From: Octopus bimaculoides
Taxonomy: Eukaryota
NCBI RefSeq assembly: GCF_001194135.2
Contig: NC_068992.1
Coordinates: 61,775,596-61,809,922, forward strand
Reading direction: 5' to 3'
Length of the DNA: 34,327 nucleotides
Under the pieces are notes generated by a model. The model did not search any database and was not told the DNA's origin. It saw nothing but the letters and a program-made list of their open reading frames with translations. Shown here piece by piece: positions 1-10,280 of this stretch. A program made the translations under genes and the position numbers. Positions within the stretch are counted from its first letter, which is position 1. Each line of letters opens with the position of its first letter.

Positions 1-354
1 GTGTGTTTTTACGTATCAATGTTATGAAAAATAGGTAAAGAATACTGAGAAGAAAGTTTAATCTATGACGTTGTATTGTATGTATCACTTTCTCTCTCTG
101 TTGAGCGCGTGTGTAAGAACGCTGTCCCAGGTAGAAGGGAAGAAATATAAAAGTTGCTAGAAACAACAGCCAAATCTCCCTTAAATCACACAAAGTAAAC
201 GGAATTTTAAAAATCTAATTACTGCACTGGAAAGTTCAGATCGAGAAAATTCCATTGATGTAAAAATTTTAATGAAAAAGTGGAAAATGTGGATTTCTAT
301 AAACTTTTAAAAAGGCTTCACACAGACACACAACTTCAGCTTTATATATTATGA
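1..354 (-). mobile_element. 5' end of a non-autonomous Helitron-like element running off the window start
   Basis: The minus strand begins A|TCATAATATATAAAGCTGAAGTTGTGTGTCTGTGTG at 354. This is a TC terminus after A, followed by the TAATATATAAAGCTGAAG motif typical of Lep1-like non-autonomous Helitrons. The 3' hairpin/CTRR end is not in the window. Confidence 0.5.
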
Positions 355-1605
355 TATATACACACATACATACAATTATATAGTATGAGTGAATAAAATT
401 ACAGGGAATTTATGGCATTTTGATTATGTAACATTTAAAAGAATTTCATTAAATTTAGAATAAGCCTTCAATATTATTGAATTTTTGAAATGTCAACTAT
501 TTAACTTTAAAACAAATATTTCATTTCAAGAAAGAATATTATCAGCTTCTTGTAACATTTCATCCACAAGAAATAATTCTATAATGATTACTTCCAAGAT
601 AACACTGAGACACAAAACCAATTTGTTTCTTTTGTTGCAGATTTGGTGGTAGTGCTACAGCTGGGGAGGTCATCTTTTGGGATTTAATTTATCTGAGTTG
701 TTCAATGTAAAAGTTAGAAAGTTATGTTCAACTGTGAGATTACAAACACATACACAAATATGTGTACCTAGGCTTGGCTGTGTAATTTAGAAGTTTGTTT
801 TGCAACCATGTCATTGGACAAGTATTTTCCAGTATAGCACCAGGTCAACCAAACTTTTGTGAGTGATAACCATATAGCTCCTCTGCAGCAAGCAACCTTT
901 TCTACTCTAACCCCTTCTCTCATACATTTACCCATATTTTACCCCCTAGAATAAGGTTGTCCCCACCTCTCATTCATAGCCTCATAAACTAACTGAATGA
1001 TGGCCTCACCAGTGCTAGCGGAACAAAAGAAAAAAAATCATCCAGTGCACTGTAAGGTGATTAGCATTAAGAAGGGTATCCAACCATGAGAAACCATATA
1101 AAAAAAATGAATACTGGAATACAACACAGTCTTTGGGACTTTAGAATCTATTTACAATGCTTTGATTGAGAACAATAGTAGGAGATACATGTCATGCAGT
1201 GGGATTGAATCCAAACTCATGTGGTTGGGAAGCAACCTTAACATGGACATATGATCATGAAGACACTGATATTTGTCTGTATGTGACAAAGTATCAATGT
1301 GTCTTCATGTTTTGATACCGCACACTAATGGTAAATGAATGCCATCACTATACAAGCATGAACAAGTGGACGTTAAACCAATGATGTTGATGATGACATC
1401 TGAAGCAAATCAGCAATGAGAAAATACCCTACATGAAACACTGACTGCCAATAATATATTGAACACATGGTTATGGCATTTGGAAGGCAAATTTCCAAGA
1501 CTGACTCAATAGAAAGACAGACATAAATCTGGAAAAAGGAAGCAGAAGAAACAGATATATTTGGTTGCTAAAGGCAACACCACACACACGTGTACATGCA
1601 CAGTT

Positions 1606-1607
<2 letters not shown>

Positions 1608-1643
<36 letters not shown>
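1608..1643. repeat. (GT)n microsatellite, representative of many
   Basis: Others include (TG)n 2895-2943, 4605-4660 and 21692-21736; (CA)n 3245-3308; (AT)n 11559-11603, 12548-12578, 22380-22486, 27663-27691 and 28773-28803; (CT)n 22039-22073; and (ATC)n 34057-34135. Confidence 0.99.
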
Positions 1644-1650
<7 letters not shown>

Positions 1651-2091
1651 AAGGCAAGAGGTACAGTGTTTGAAAATTATTGAATTAAAAAAAAGAAAAA
1701 CTCTAAAAACAAGCTGTTTAGTAATGTGAAAGGCAGGATGTGATTAAATAAGACTGTGCACGGAATGACTGGGGCATTTTGGTACTGAAAAGGAAGGAGA
1801 AACAGAAAGGCCAAATACAAGTGTTAGCATAAGAGACTGATAAATAAGGAGAGACTCTTGGTATTGACCTAAATGAAGCAAGGACCTATCGTACAACTTA
1901 TATTGACATAAAGAGAATTAGGAAACTGAATGCTGGAAGCTGGAGATCCCTCAGGTACAGTTGTAGAAATCAATACAGTTAGTTATACATCAAATCAACC
2001 CAATTCTGTAGTGCAAGGAGATGGAAAACTGGTCCAAATAAGAAAATAAAATGGTGAATATTGAAGTTTGTAAAATATGTGGAAAGAATAA

Positions 2092-2311
2092 TTAACCCTT
2101 TAGCATTCAGATTCCTTTGTCAAATGTAATCCTTATTTATTCATATTGTTTTGAATTAATTAAACATTATCTTTGAGATCTCAACGAAGTGATTGTTTAT
2201 TTTTAGAATGATATTGTAGGTAGGTGTGAGAGACCTGATCTAGCTAGATTGGACATAAAACAGGTAGAATTTTTTGACCAGATATGACTGATTTGAAAGC
2301 TAAACAGTTGG
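2092..2311 (+). mobile_element. piggyBac-type TTAA MITE (~210 bp), right end degraded
   Basis: It starts TTAA|CCCTTTAGCATTCAGATT, and the body matches the reverse complement of the complete copy at 32420-32634. The right end is AAAGCTAAACAGTTGG versus AATGCTAAAGGGTTAA. Confidence 0.75.
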
Positions 2312-2337
2312 GAAAATCTCCGATTAGTACTTAAACG

Positions 2338-2452
2338 CAGCTATGTGGTTAAGAAGCTTGCTTCTCGAAGATGTGGTCTTAGGTTCAGTCACACTGTGCA
2401 ATATCTTGAGCAAATGTCTCCTACTTATGCCCCAGGATAACCAAAGCCCATC
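2338..2452 (+). mobile_element. SINE family A, 5' head fragment (tRNA-derived octopod SINE)
   Basis: GCTATGTGGTTAAGAAGCTTGCTTC...GGTTCAGTCACACTG...TTGAGCAAATGTCTCCTAC has box A/B-like motifs. The same head occurs at 771-865 (+), 1165-1255 (-) and 13630-13725 (+). Confidence 0.75.
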
Positions 2453-2891
2453 ATGTGTATGTGTACACATACACAAACAGCAAGACAGCCCTTCTAGTGG
2501 TTTTTGTTAGTCACTAAATTTTTACACATTTAATACCCAATTTTATATGTTACATATAAATCTTCCATCGTACCTTTTATTCATCTAATACTACTCACTT
2601 GCTCAGTAAATAAATTTAGAGCATAATTACTAAAATGTGCCCTTCACCTGTCTTTGTTTCCGCATAACTTTCTGAAAAATGGCTATTCCTTAAGAAATTC
2701 TTTGAGCTGAGAAATAATGGATCTGCCCACAAGATGACAGAAGACACTGAAATGAAACATCAATTATATTGAATAAATTGCTTTATGTTTAAAACTTGTA
2801 TCTTATTTTCCTTTAAAACAAATGAATGAATTTTTTGGCCTACATAAGACTTACATTAGCATCATTATGATGTAAATGTTTGCACTAATAA

Positions 2892-2944
<53 letters not shown>

Positions 2945-2954
2945 GTCAGGACTT

Positions 2955-3125
2955 ATATTGTTCTCAGCTGCCTCTTGGCTATCATAATCCTTGAGGCCAT
3001 AGCAGAGGAGTTTAAAATCTACTTTTATGGGATCTCCTGTATGTCTTGTGACCTAATTCTCAAAATTGAATCTGTCAAAAAATACCAGAAGAAATTCCAA
3101 AAGCTAAAAAAAAAAAAAAAATAGA
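2955..3125 (+). mobile_element. RTE-clade LINE reverse transcriptase fragment
   Basis: It reads LLAIIILEAIAEEFK, then after a frameshift WDLLYV..DL...KKFQ. This matches the RT segment around (Y)ADD and the copy at 17715-18415. Confidence 0.6.
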
Positions 3126-3251
3126 ATTCAGAGTAGCCTTGTAGCTCCTCTACAGCAAGATATTTGGGCTCATCTCTTCACCACACTTTAACTTCTCAAC
3201 ACCTGGCATAGAACCATTGTCCCTCCTCCCTCTCTCAAATACTAACACATA

Positions 3252-3310
<59 letters not shown>

Positions 3311-3867
3311 CATTTAGTCAAGGAGGCTTTTTTGCTTTTTCTCCCATTTTCCTTCTTGTTCTTTTCTTGTAAGTTACTTGGCAACCTCACTAGTGCCAGT
3401 TAGCACTAGGATCCAGCCATAAACATTATGTCAAAGCTGATATTGGGATTCAACACAGCCCTGCAGCTTGCCAGATCCTGTCAAACTATTTACCAATGCA
3501 TGCTAGCATGGAAAGTGGACATTGAATAGTGATGATGAGGTGGAGGAAGATTAGGGGATCCTTTGGCAGTTGTTGTTTATGTCACTCATAAACATAAATG
3601 TCCAGCAGTAGTTCAAATGTAAGAAGGCATGGATTACAAGACCTTACTTGAAAACAAGGATTGACATTGGAAGGGCATCTTGCCTACAGAATACTGTCTC
3701 AAGAAGTCTTGACCAACCCATACCAGCTTGGAAAAAGTGAAAATAAAAAATGAAAAATAAAATTATAAAAAAATCCCTGCAACAGTTGAAGTGTAACAGG
3801 TAAGATAGAGAGAGAAAACATAAGAAATGAATCAACACCACTACCATGTCTGCTTCCCAACCATCTG

Positions 3868-4606
3868 TGAGAAAAACAGCAGCAGGACGCAGTTCACTCT
3901 GCCAGAAATTTGGAAACGACATGCTGTACTGCTTTGCATTCATGCTGGAAGCTCCAATATGAACATTTCAGAGTGTAAAGTATCAAAGTCCCCAGAACAT
4001 GTACCAAGAGTGATAAAAATCAAACATCCAATCAGCATCATGGTGCTTCGAGTGATCACTAGTGATGGTGACATTATGCCTCTATTCATCTTACCACATG
4101 GCCTCACACTCAACACGGAGGCCTACATCAAGTGCCTAGAGGAGGTAGTGCTGCCCTGGAGCAAGAGGGTGGTTGCTGTTAGACCCTATGTCTGGCAACA
4201 GGATTCTGCACCAGGAGAACTCAGTCATGGCAATCAGACAATTTCTACATCCACACCACCCCTAACATCTAGCCACCTAACTCCCCAGACTGCAACCCAC
4301 TTGGTTATTATGTAAGAAGTGCAGTTTAGTGAGAGACAAACAAAACTCCTTATAAAACCAAAGATAAACTGAAGGCAAGGATTATTGCAGCATTCACTAA
4401 CTTAAAGAGACCATCCAGAAGAGTTGCAAGAGATTCCAAAGTCATCTGGAGGCCGCAGATGAAGCCAATAGCAATTTTCTTGAACAAATTTACTCTTTAG
4501 TTTTCCAAGATATTTTTATGTAATTTTGGTAAATATATGCTAAAATGAGATGTCAGTGTTATTTTCATTCTTGCATAATTTAAACGACAATTCATTCACC
4601 GCACTG
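3868..4606 (+). mobile_element. Internally deleted Tc1/mariner-superfamily transposon relic
   Basis: The N-terminal TQFTLPEIWKRHAVLL..AGSSN.NISEC is fused to the catalytic-core segment KHPISIMV..VITSDGD.MP.F..PHG..LNTEAYIKCLEEVVLPW..YVWQQDSAP. It continues PNI*PPNSPDCNPLGYYV, with the third Asp changed to Gly. The right end ...TTCATTCACCGCACTG at 4606 looks like a terminal inverted repeat. The left TIR was not found. Confidence 0.85.
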
Positions 4607-4714
4607 TGTGTGTTTGTGTGTGTGTGTGTGCGCGCATATGTGTGTGTGTGTGTGTGTGTGTATCATCATCATCATTTTATATCCATTTTCCATGCTGGCA
4701 TGACCTGTGTGAAA

Positions 4715-5055
4715 TTCCAATATCTGTGGAGGGACCTTGTGGAAGAGGTAGAATCAGGAAGACATGGGATGAGGTGATAAAGCATGATCTCGGACGTTGG
4801 GCCTCGTGGAAGCAATGACAAGTGACCAAGAGTTATGGCAATATTCCATGCTTGAGAAGACCCATCAAACCAAGTGAAATTGCAGTCATCACCAATGGCA
4901 GTGTCATGCCAGAAGCACGTAAAAGGAATCCTTCAAACATCGGGCATCATGCTCTGCTTGAAAGGAACCAGCAAGCCAAGTGAAATCATAGTCATGGCCA
5001 ATGCCAGTGTCGCATATCTGGCACCCGTGCCAGTGGCATGTAAAAAGCACCATAT
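4715..5055 (+). mobile_element. RTE-clade LINE 3' end (RT C-terminus plus 3' UTR)
   Basis: It reads VEGPCGRGRIRKTWDEVIKHDL, followed by frameshifted remnants (EAMTSDQELW, LEKTHQTK*) and a repeated 3' UTR segment. Confidence 0.75.
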
Positions 5056-5324
5056 ATATACATATATGCATGTGTATCTCCTTGTCTTGACATCACATGA
5101 TAGTTGGAAATGAGTATCTAAGTCATACAAGTAGTGTCATCCATTTCTAATATTATGTGTGTGCATGTCTAGCCAAAGAGAAAGATTACCTTATTTGGCA
5201 AAAGGGGAAGGTTGGTAATAGGAAGGGATCCAGCAGTAGAAAAACCGCCTTACTCCATCTGACTCAAGCAAGCAGAGAGAAGTGGAGATGAAAATGATGA
5301 TAATGATAGTGCTTTTGCGCACGT

Positions 5325-5510
5325 GTGTGTAATGTTTCTCCCCTCACCACTGCTTGACAACTAGCGTTTGTTTGTTTATAGTCCAGTAATTTAGTAGTTC
5401 ACCAAAAAAGACCAACAGAATAAACACTAAGAGTTGTTAGGTTAAAACTCTTGGAGGTGGTGCCCCAGCATGGCCAGTTTGATAACTGAAACAAGTAAAA
5501 GATAATATAT
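5325..5510 (+). mobile_element. SINE family A, 3' half
   Basis: CACTGCTTGACAAC..GTTTA..AGACCAACAGAATAA..GGTGGTGCCCCAGCATGGCC..ACTGAAACAAGTAAAAG is colinear with the reverse complement of 9885-10100. Confidence 0.7.
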
Positions 5511-5929
5511 ATGCAGGTGAGTAAAGGAACTCCATGGAGACTGAATATAGTGACTGGTGAGAGGAGACAAAACAACAGATGAACAACAAGACATTGATTG
5601 GTTTATCTGAAAATAAATGGTCAGTTGTGTTATTTAAGTGGTTTAGTCACTGCCTGGTGCAGGTAATCATGTATGAGGTAATGGAAAAGTGGTTGATTAA
5701 CTTTTTGAAGTGATAGCAACAACCTTACAGATAGATAATCTCATGCTAACTGTTTGTCGATAACAATTAACACTAAAAATGGCCTCACAATATAATGTGA
5801 TTTCTTTCAAAATTTATTTGAGATTTCAGAAGACCAACTTAAAAACCTGTAAAGTTCAGTTAAATAGTTGGTATTGGCTTTGAAAAGACAGCTGCATAAG
5901 CATGGCATTTATCATGGAGTTCAAATCCA

Positions 5930-6033
5930 AACTGGTCTGTAGTATTATATACAGAGTGCCAGTGGTCAGTTTGAATACAAAACAAGTAGAATATCTGGCC
6001 TGGATATGTCCAGTTTAAATGCTAAAGTGTTGA
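5930..6033 (+). mobile_element. piggyBac-type MITE, right half
   Basis: It ends GGATATGTCCAGTTTAAATGCTAAAGTGTTGA, matching the right TIR of the TTAA MITE family. Confidence 0.6.
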
Positions 6034-6349
6034 GAGTATTATTTAATGTAAATTCAAAAGTTGAGTTTTTGGTACAATAAGAGAGAAACTAAAACTTAAA
6101 ATTATCTGATGCCATGTGTTATGAGATCATTATCCAGTATACTACAGATTTTGCAAGATTATGGTCAAATAGTCAGTGAGGTGATACTCTGCCCCAGATA
6201 CATCTGAAGTAGAGTGGAAAAATATAGAGTGCCTTGCCCAGGAACTTAATAGTCAAGGAATCAAACCCACATCCACATAATTGTAAGTCCAACGGCCTAA
6301 ACACCAGGATACAAGCCTTCCTATGTCAAAAAACAGATGCAAATAATCA

Positions 6350-6715
6350 TCATAACTCATCTAATATCCACTTTTCCATGCTTTGTTGAGGCAGATTTTC
6401 TACAGCTGGACACTCTTTTTTGTCACCAACCCTCACCTGTTTCCAACAAAGGTAATATTTCCCCATGCCCAAACATGTTTATTTCCAATTTTCTGTGGAA
6501 ATCATCATCTGTATAATGATGCTCATTTATAAGCATCATGTGATATCAAGACAAGGGTACACACAAACACACACACGACAGGTTTCTTTCAATTTCCATC
6601 AACCAAATCCATTCCCAAAACTTTACTCAGCTTAGGGCTATAGAAGACACTTGCCCAAAGTGCCATGCAGTGAGGCCATATAGGTGAGAAGCAAGCTTTT
6701 TAACCACATGCCTCT
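6350..6715 (-). mobile_element. SINE family A head joined to a LINE-like 3' tail
   Basis: It carries the reverse complement of the family A head (AAGCAAGCTTTTTAACCAC, GAAGACACTTGCCCAA). The tail TCCACTTTTCCATGC..GAGGCAGATTTTCTA..TCACCAACC is shared with the LINE tail at 9735-9878. Confidence 0.75.
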
Positions 6716-7340
6716 ACCTAATCAAAATATCTAAAAGTTAACCCTCTCTAGAGCTACATGAATGCTTAACTCAAGATTTTATAAAAGATACAAAACAAAT
6801 CTCATCCAGGATAGTGTACTAATCTATAACAATAGGTAACTTTCCCAAGATGCATCTAAAACTTATTCTCAAGCTGATTAATCTAAAGCAACTTAGTTTG
6901 AAGTACTTTTGTTCAAAGACATCAACAGTTGAATATAATTTCTTCTTGAACCACATATCAATGTGACAATATTCTTGCCTTTAAGCAATGAAGATATCCA
7001 AAAGAAATTGATAAGAATTAGGAAAAAGTGCTGTGATGTGGCATAAGCCTTGATTGTTGTCTCAACTAAGAAAGGTCTTCTAATCTAAGGAATGTTATAT
7101 TAATAAAGGATATAAGTGAGGATAAGAGATATTCAAATAATCTTTTTACTTAATCCATTCCAACAACCACAAAAATATACAAGATAGATAAAGCTAAAGC
7201 TCTGTATATCAGTGAGAAATAGAGCTAAAGTGGCTGTGAACGTATAATACATTGTAAATGAATTAACTTAGATCTAGGAGAGATTAATTTATATTCCACC
7301 CACTGACACACATATATTTATAAATAAAAATTATACATAC

Positions 7341-7373
<33 letters not shown>

Positions 7374-7916
7374 AATATATAAATATGTGTGTATATATAC
7401 ATACATAGATGATGATGATGTATATTAGCTGGTGGAGAGAAAGGTCTACAGTAAGAAAAATCAACTTTCATAATGCTGCTTGGTCAGCTCTGATGCTATA
7501 ATTAATTCATGATGACCGCACCAAATTCTCATGCCATTAGTGGTTAATGCTAGCAAGAGAATCCAGTCATAAACAAAATATTCAACCAACCATTGTCACT
7601 ATGCCAATATCAAAATCAGATATTAAACCAATGGAGATTGTTAGATTGTATATCTTCATTGCAATCAGTTTATTAATCTCTAGACTTTTGATGTATGCTG
7701 CCTTGATTAAAGAAATGGCAAGAGTGCCATTCTGACAACATAAGTCTGGAGAATACTTCTTAGAAAACAACACAAAATGAACAAAATGCAACTGAATACT
7801 GGTATAACCAGTTATTCTGGACAACTCCAATTCCAGTACATTAAAATTTAAAATTAAGAGACAAAAACTTTAACATTCTTAATGTTTTTTAAGAGGGGGT
7901 TTGTTGCTTTGTGCAG

Positions 7917-7976
7917 GATACAATCTGTCGAATCTTCAAAGTTATAGATTTCTCATTAACTGTGTTGGTCATCTGA
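7917..7976 (+). CDS. Candidate internal exon of the FERM-like gene (unresolved)
   Basis: The acceptor is tttgttgctttgtgcag and the donor GA|gtaagg. It is 60 nt with one open frame (phase 1-1): YNLSNLQSYRFLINCVGHL. Only 32 nt separate it from the next candidate exon, which argues against both being used together. Confidence 0.3.
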   Translation, partial: DTICRIFKVIDFSLTVLVI

Positions 7977-8008
7977 GTAAGGACAACATCATGTCACCTT
8001 TTTACTAG

Positions 8009-8058
8009 AATATCAATGATCCTTATTTGGAGAGCAGCTAAAACTTCTAATCAGACTG
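8009..8058 (+). CDS. Candidate internal exon with an in-frame TGA (or a 21-nt exon 8038-8058)
   Basis: The acceptor is cacctttttactag and the donor is a consensus CTG|gtaagt. The only frame that joins the downstream exon reads YQ*SLFGEQLKLLIRL. An alternative CAG acceptor at 8037 gives LKLLIRL. Confidence 0.35.
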
Positions 8059-8084
8059 GTAAGTCTAAACCTAATCACCCTTGA

Positions 8085-8400
8085 GCAAGTGTCTTCTACT
8101 ATAGTCTTGGGCCGATAAAAGCTTTGAGTGGATTTAGTAGACTTTAACTGAAAGATGCTTGTCATATGTGTGTGTGTACATACATACATATATATGTGCG
8201 CACACACACACATGCACACATACATGGGGTGTGTGCGTCCCACTACCATTTGACACCCAACATTAGTTTGTTTACATCCTTGTAACTTAGAGGTTCAGCA
8301 TAAGTGACAGAATAATTATCAGGCTTTGAAAAGAAGTACTGGGGTTGATTTGATCAGCTAAACCCCTTTAAGATGACACCCCAACATGACTGAGTCCAAA
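8085..8400 (+). mobile_element. SINE family A (head truncated) with internal (TG)/(CA) tract
   Basis: TTGAGCAAGTGTCTTCTACTATAG..GTGGATTTAGTAGAC..TGTAACTTAG..GTACTGGGGTTGATTTG is colinear with the reverse complement of 9885-10280. Confidence 0.8.
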
Positions 8401-8449
8401 TTTTGCACAATGTCTCAGACAAATAAGACTGATGCAGTTTACTGTGCAG

Positions 8450-8537
8450 TTTGAATATCTACAGGTCAACATCTTCAAGAAAAATGCAGACAAAGAAGAA
8501 ATTCCAGAGAGTTACCAGTTCTCAGAAGTTAAGAATT
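8450..8537 (+). CDS. Internal exon of a FERM F3 (PH/PTB-like) lobe-containing gene; acceptor could be 8438, 8450 or 8465
   Basis: There are in-frame AG acceptors at 8437, 8449 and 8464, and a donor T|gtgagg at 8538. The peptide is (FTVQ)FEYLQVNIFKKNADKEEIPESYQFSEVKN. It parallels ERM LWLGVDALGLNIY..FPWSEIRN and myosin-X AVSVYKR..EVFQYEHI (both recalled from memory). Confidence 0.6.
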
Positions 8538-8749
8538 GTGAGGCTGACATGATTTGGTAATGACACAAAGGATCATTTCCTTAGATACTCAATAATTCAG
8601 TTAGGGATACCAAGTTGTGCCATCATGTAGAGTTTAGCTGTTCTATGCAGACTATGTACAGTTTTATAAACCGGTAATGAAATGCTTCACAAGGGGTAGA
8701 TTTCAACAAAAATTGAAGAAAAATGTGTAGTTGTGGCTGACTTCATAAA

Positions 8750-8965
8750 AGTGGTGAGCTGATAGAATCCTTAAAACATAATAAACAAAATGCTGAGTAG
8801 CTTTTCCCCAGTTTTACATTCTGAGTTCAAATTCTACTATAGTTGACTGCCTTTCATCCTTTCAGAATCAATAAAATAAGTTACCAGTCCAGCATTGCAG
8901 TTGATATAATCAACTATGCCCACCTCCAAAATTTCAAGCCTTGCAACTACAGCAGAAAGGATTAT
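8750..8965 (+). mobile_element. SINE family B (tRNA head plus conserved central domain)
   Basis: GGTGAGCTGATAGAATC..TTCTGAGTTCAAATTC..GCCTTTCATCCTTTCAGAATCAATAAAATAAGTTACCAGT. Related copies lie at 21385-21535 (-), 25093-25290 (+) and 33285-33475 (+). Confidence 0.7.
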
Positions 8966-9129
8966 AAGGACAATGAGCTTTGGAAAACCTAAATGAACTA
9001 TCAGTATTTTAGTTAATAATCTTAAATAAAATTATCTAAATCTTTCTGTAGTGATAGTTTACACAATACACTGTCTGAAATGGTGGAGTACTACATCTGA
9101 ATGTTACATTATCATCTTCATCATTGTCT

Positions 9130-9465
9130 TTGTGACCACTTCTCCATGCTGTCAGATGGAATTTGTTGAGGCAGATTCTTTTCTACATCTGTTTTCAAGC
9201 AAAATAATATTCCTCATGACCAGACAAGCTTCACTGGAAGATTGGAAACAAAGAACACAGCTTGCATGTCAGTGACATTCATTAACAATTATTACTTGAA
9301 GTCAAGGCAAGAAGACAGTCACACATGGCAGGCTTCTTTCAGTTTCTTTATACCATATCCACTGACAAGGCTTCGGTCAGCCTGAGGATACAGAAGACAC
9401 TTGCCCTAACACTAAACCCAAGATCACATGGTTGGAAAAAGCTAACTTCTTACCACACAGCCTCA
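9130..9465 (-). mobile_element. SINE family A with LINE-like tail
   Basis: It has the same composite structure as 6350-6715 (GAAGACACTTGCCC, CACATGGTTGG, CTTCTTACCACACAGCC). Confidence 0.75.
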
Positions 9466-9734
9466 AAGGGATTCCCTATTTAACAAGTAGTGTGTCACAT
9501 AATAGAGGGCATAATTAAGAAAAGCTTCAGCTCAGAACAGAATCCATGCATTTTAGTTTATTATAGCCTTCCAATCAACAATAATTAAATCTGAATTCAC
9601 ATCGTAAACCGATGTTATTTGTTCCAGTTCAAGGATTTTGTCAACAACAAACTTCAAAATTTTACAGCAAAATGTCTTTTTAATGGCAAGTAATATACTG
9701 ACATCTTGGGCTTATAAAATTTTAAGAATACTCT

Positions 9735-9878
9735 CTAAAGATGAGATTAACATTATCCTGGAAACAGGTAAAGGTTGGTGACAGGAAAGACATCCGACCA
9801 TAGAAAATCTGCCTCAATAAACTCTGTCTGACCCATACAAGCAAGGAAACGCAAACGTTAAAACGACGATGATGATGA
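9735..9878 (+). mobile_element. LINE/SINE 3' tail ending in (GAT)n
   Basis: GGTTGGTGACAGGAAAGACATCCGACCATAGAAAATCTGCCTC..CCCATACAAGCA..CGTTAAAACGACGATGATGATG. Related tails occur at 985-1140, 1340-1395, 3390-3540, 3644-3745, 5180-5310 (+), 20705-20900 and 31805-31950 (-). Confidence 0.7.
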
Positions 9879-9884
9879 CACAAA

Positions 9885-10280
9885 ATCTTTTATGTCTAAT
9901 TTGTTTCAGTCACTGAACTGCAGCCAAGCAGGGGCATCTTGAAGGGTTCAGTCGGAAAAAAATCGATCCTTATTTATTTTTTTGAAGTCTGGTACTTATT
10001 CTGTCGAACATTTTTTGCCAAACCGCTAAGTTACGGGAACGTAAACAAATCAACACTAGTTGTCAAGCGACGGTGGGGGACAAACACAAAAACGCACACG
10101 CACGTACACATAGACACACACACGACAGGCTTCTTTCAGTTTCCGTCTACTAAATCCATTCATAAGGCGTTAGTTGACTCAAGGCTTATAGTGGAAGACA
10201 CCTGTCCAAGGAGTCACGCAGTGAGACCGAACCCGAAACCATGTGGTTGGGTAGCAAACTTCTTAGACAACCATACCTGT
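9885..10280 (-). mobile_element. SINE family A, near full length, CpG-retaining
   Basis: This is a head-to-tail copy on the minus strand and the best-preserved copy in the window. Confidence 0.85.

Noticed and set aside
641-734. Strong acceptor tttcttttgttgcag at 640
   Set aside because: All three frames stop before the good donor at 735, earlier donors are weak, and the peptide is not recognisable.
1846-1954. Open frame GETLGIDLNEARTYRTTYIDIKRIRKLNAGSWRSLR ending at CAG|gtacag
   Set aside because: There is no polypyrimidine acceptor and no clear family match.
2876-3124. 82-aa ORF MFALINMCVCVCV...
   Set aside because: The N-terminus is a (TG)n microsatellite and the remainder is an RTE RT relic. 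The same applies to the other CVCV/YIYI/THTH ORFs.
5647-7450. Small AG..GT intervals at 5647-5662, 6148-6175 and 7429-7450 as upstream FERM exons
   Set aside because: They are phase-compatible in several ways, but no combination gives a convincing FERM F1/F2 motif. Such intervals are expected by chance.
8601-8673. 73-nt interval that could also bridge phase 1 to phase 2
   Set aside because: It needs a 63-nt intron and inserts about 23 residues that break FERM F3 spacing. It is kept only as an alternative to the 7-nt microexon.
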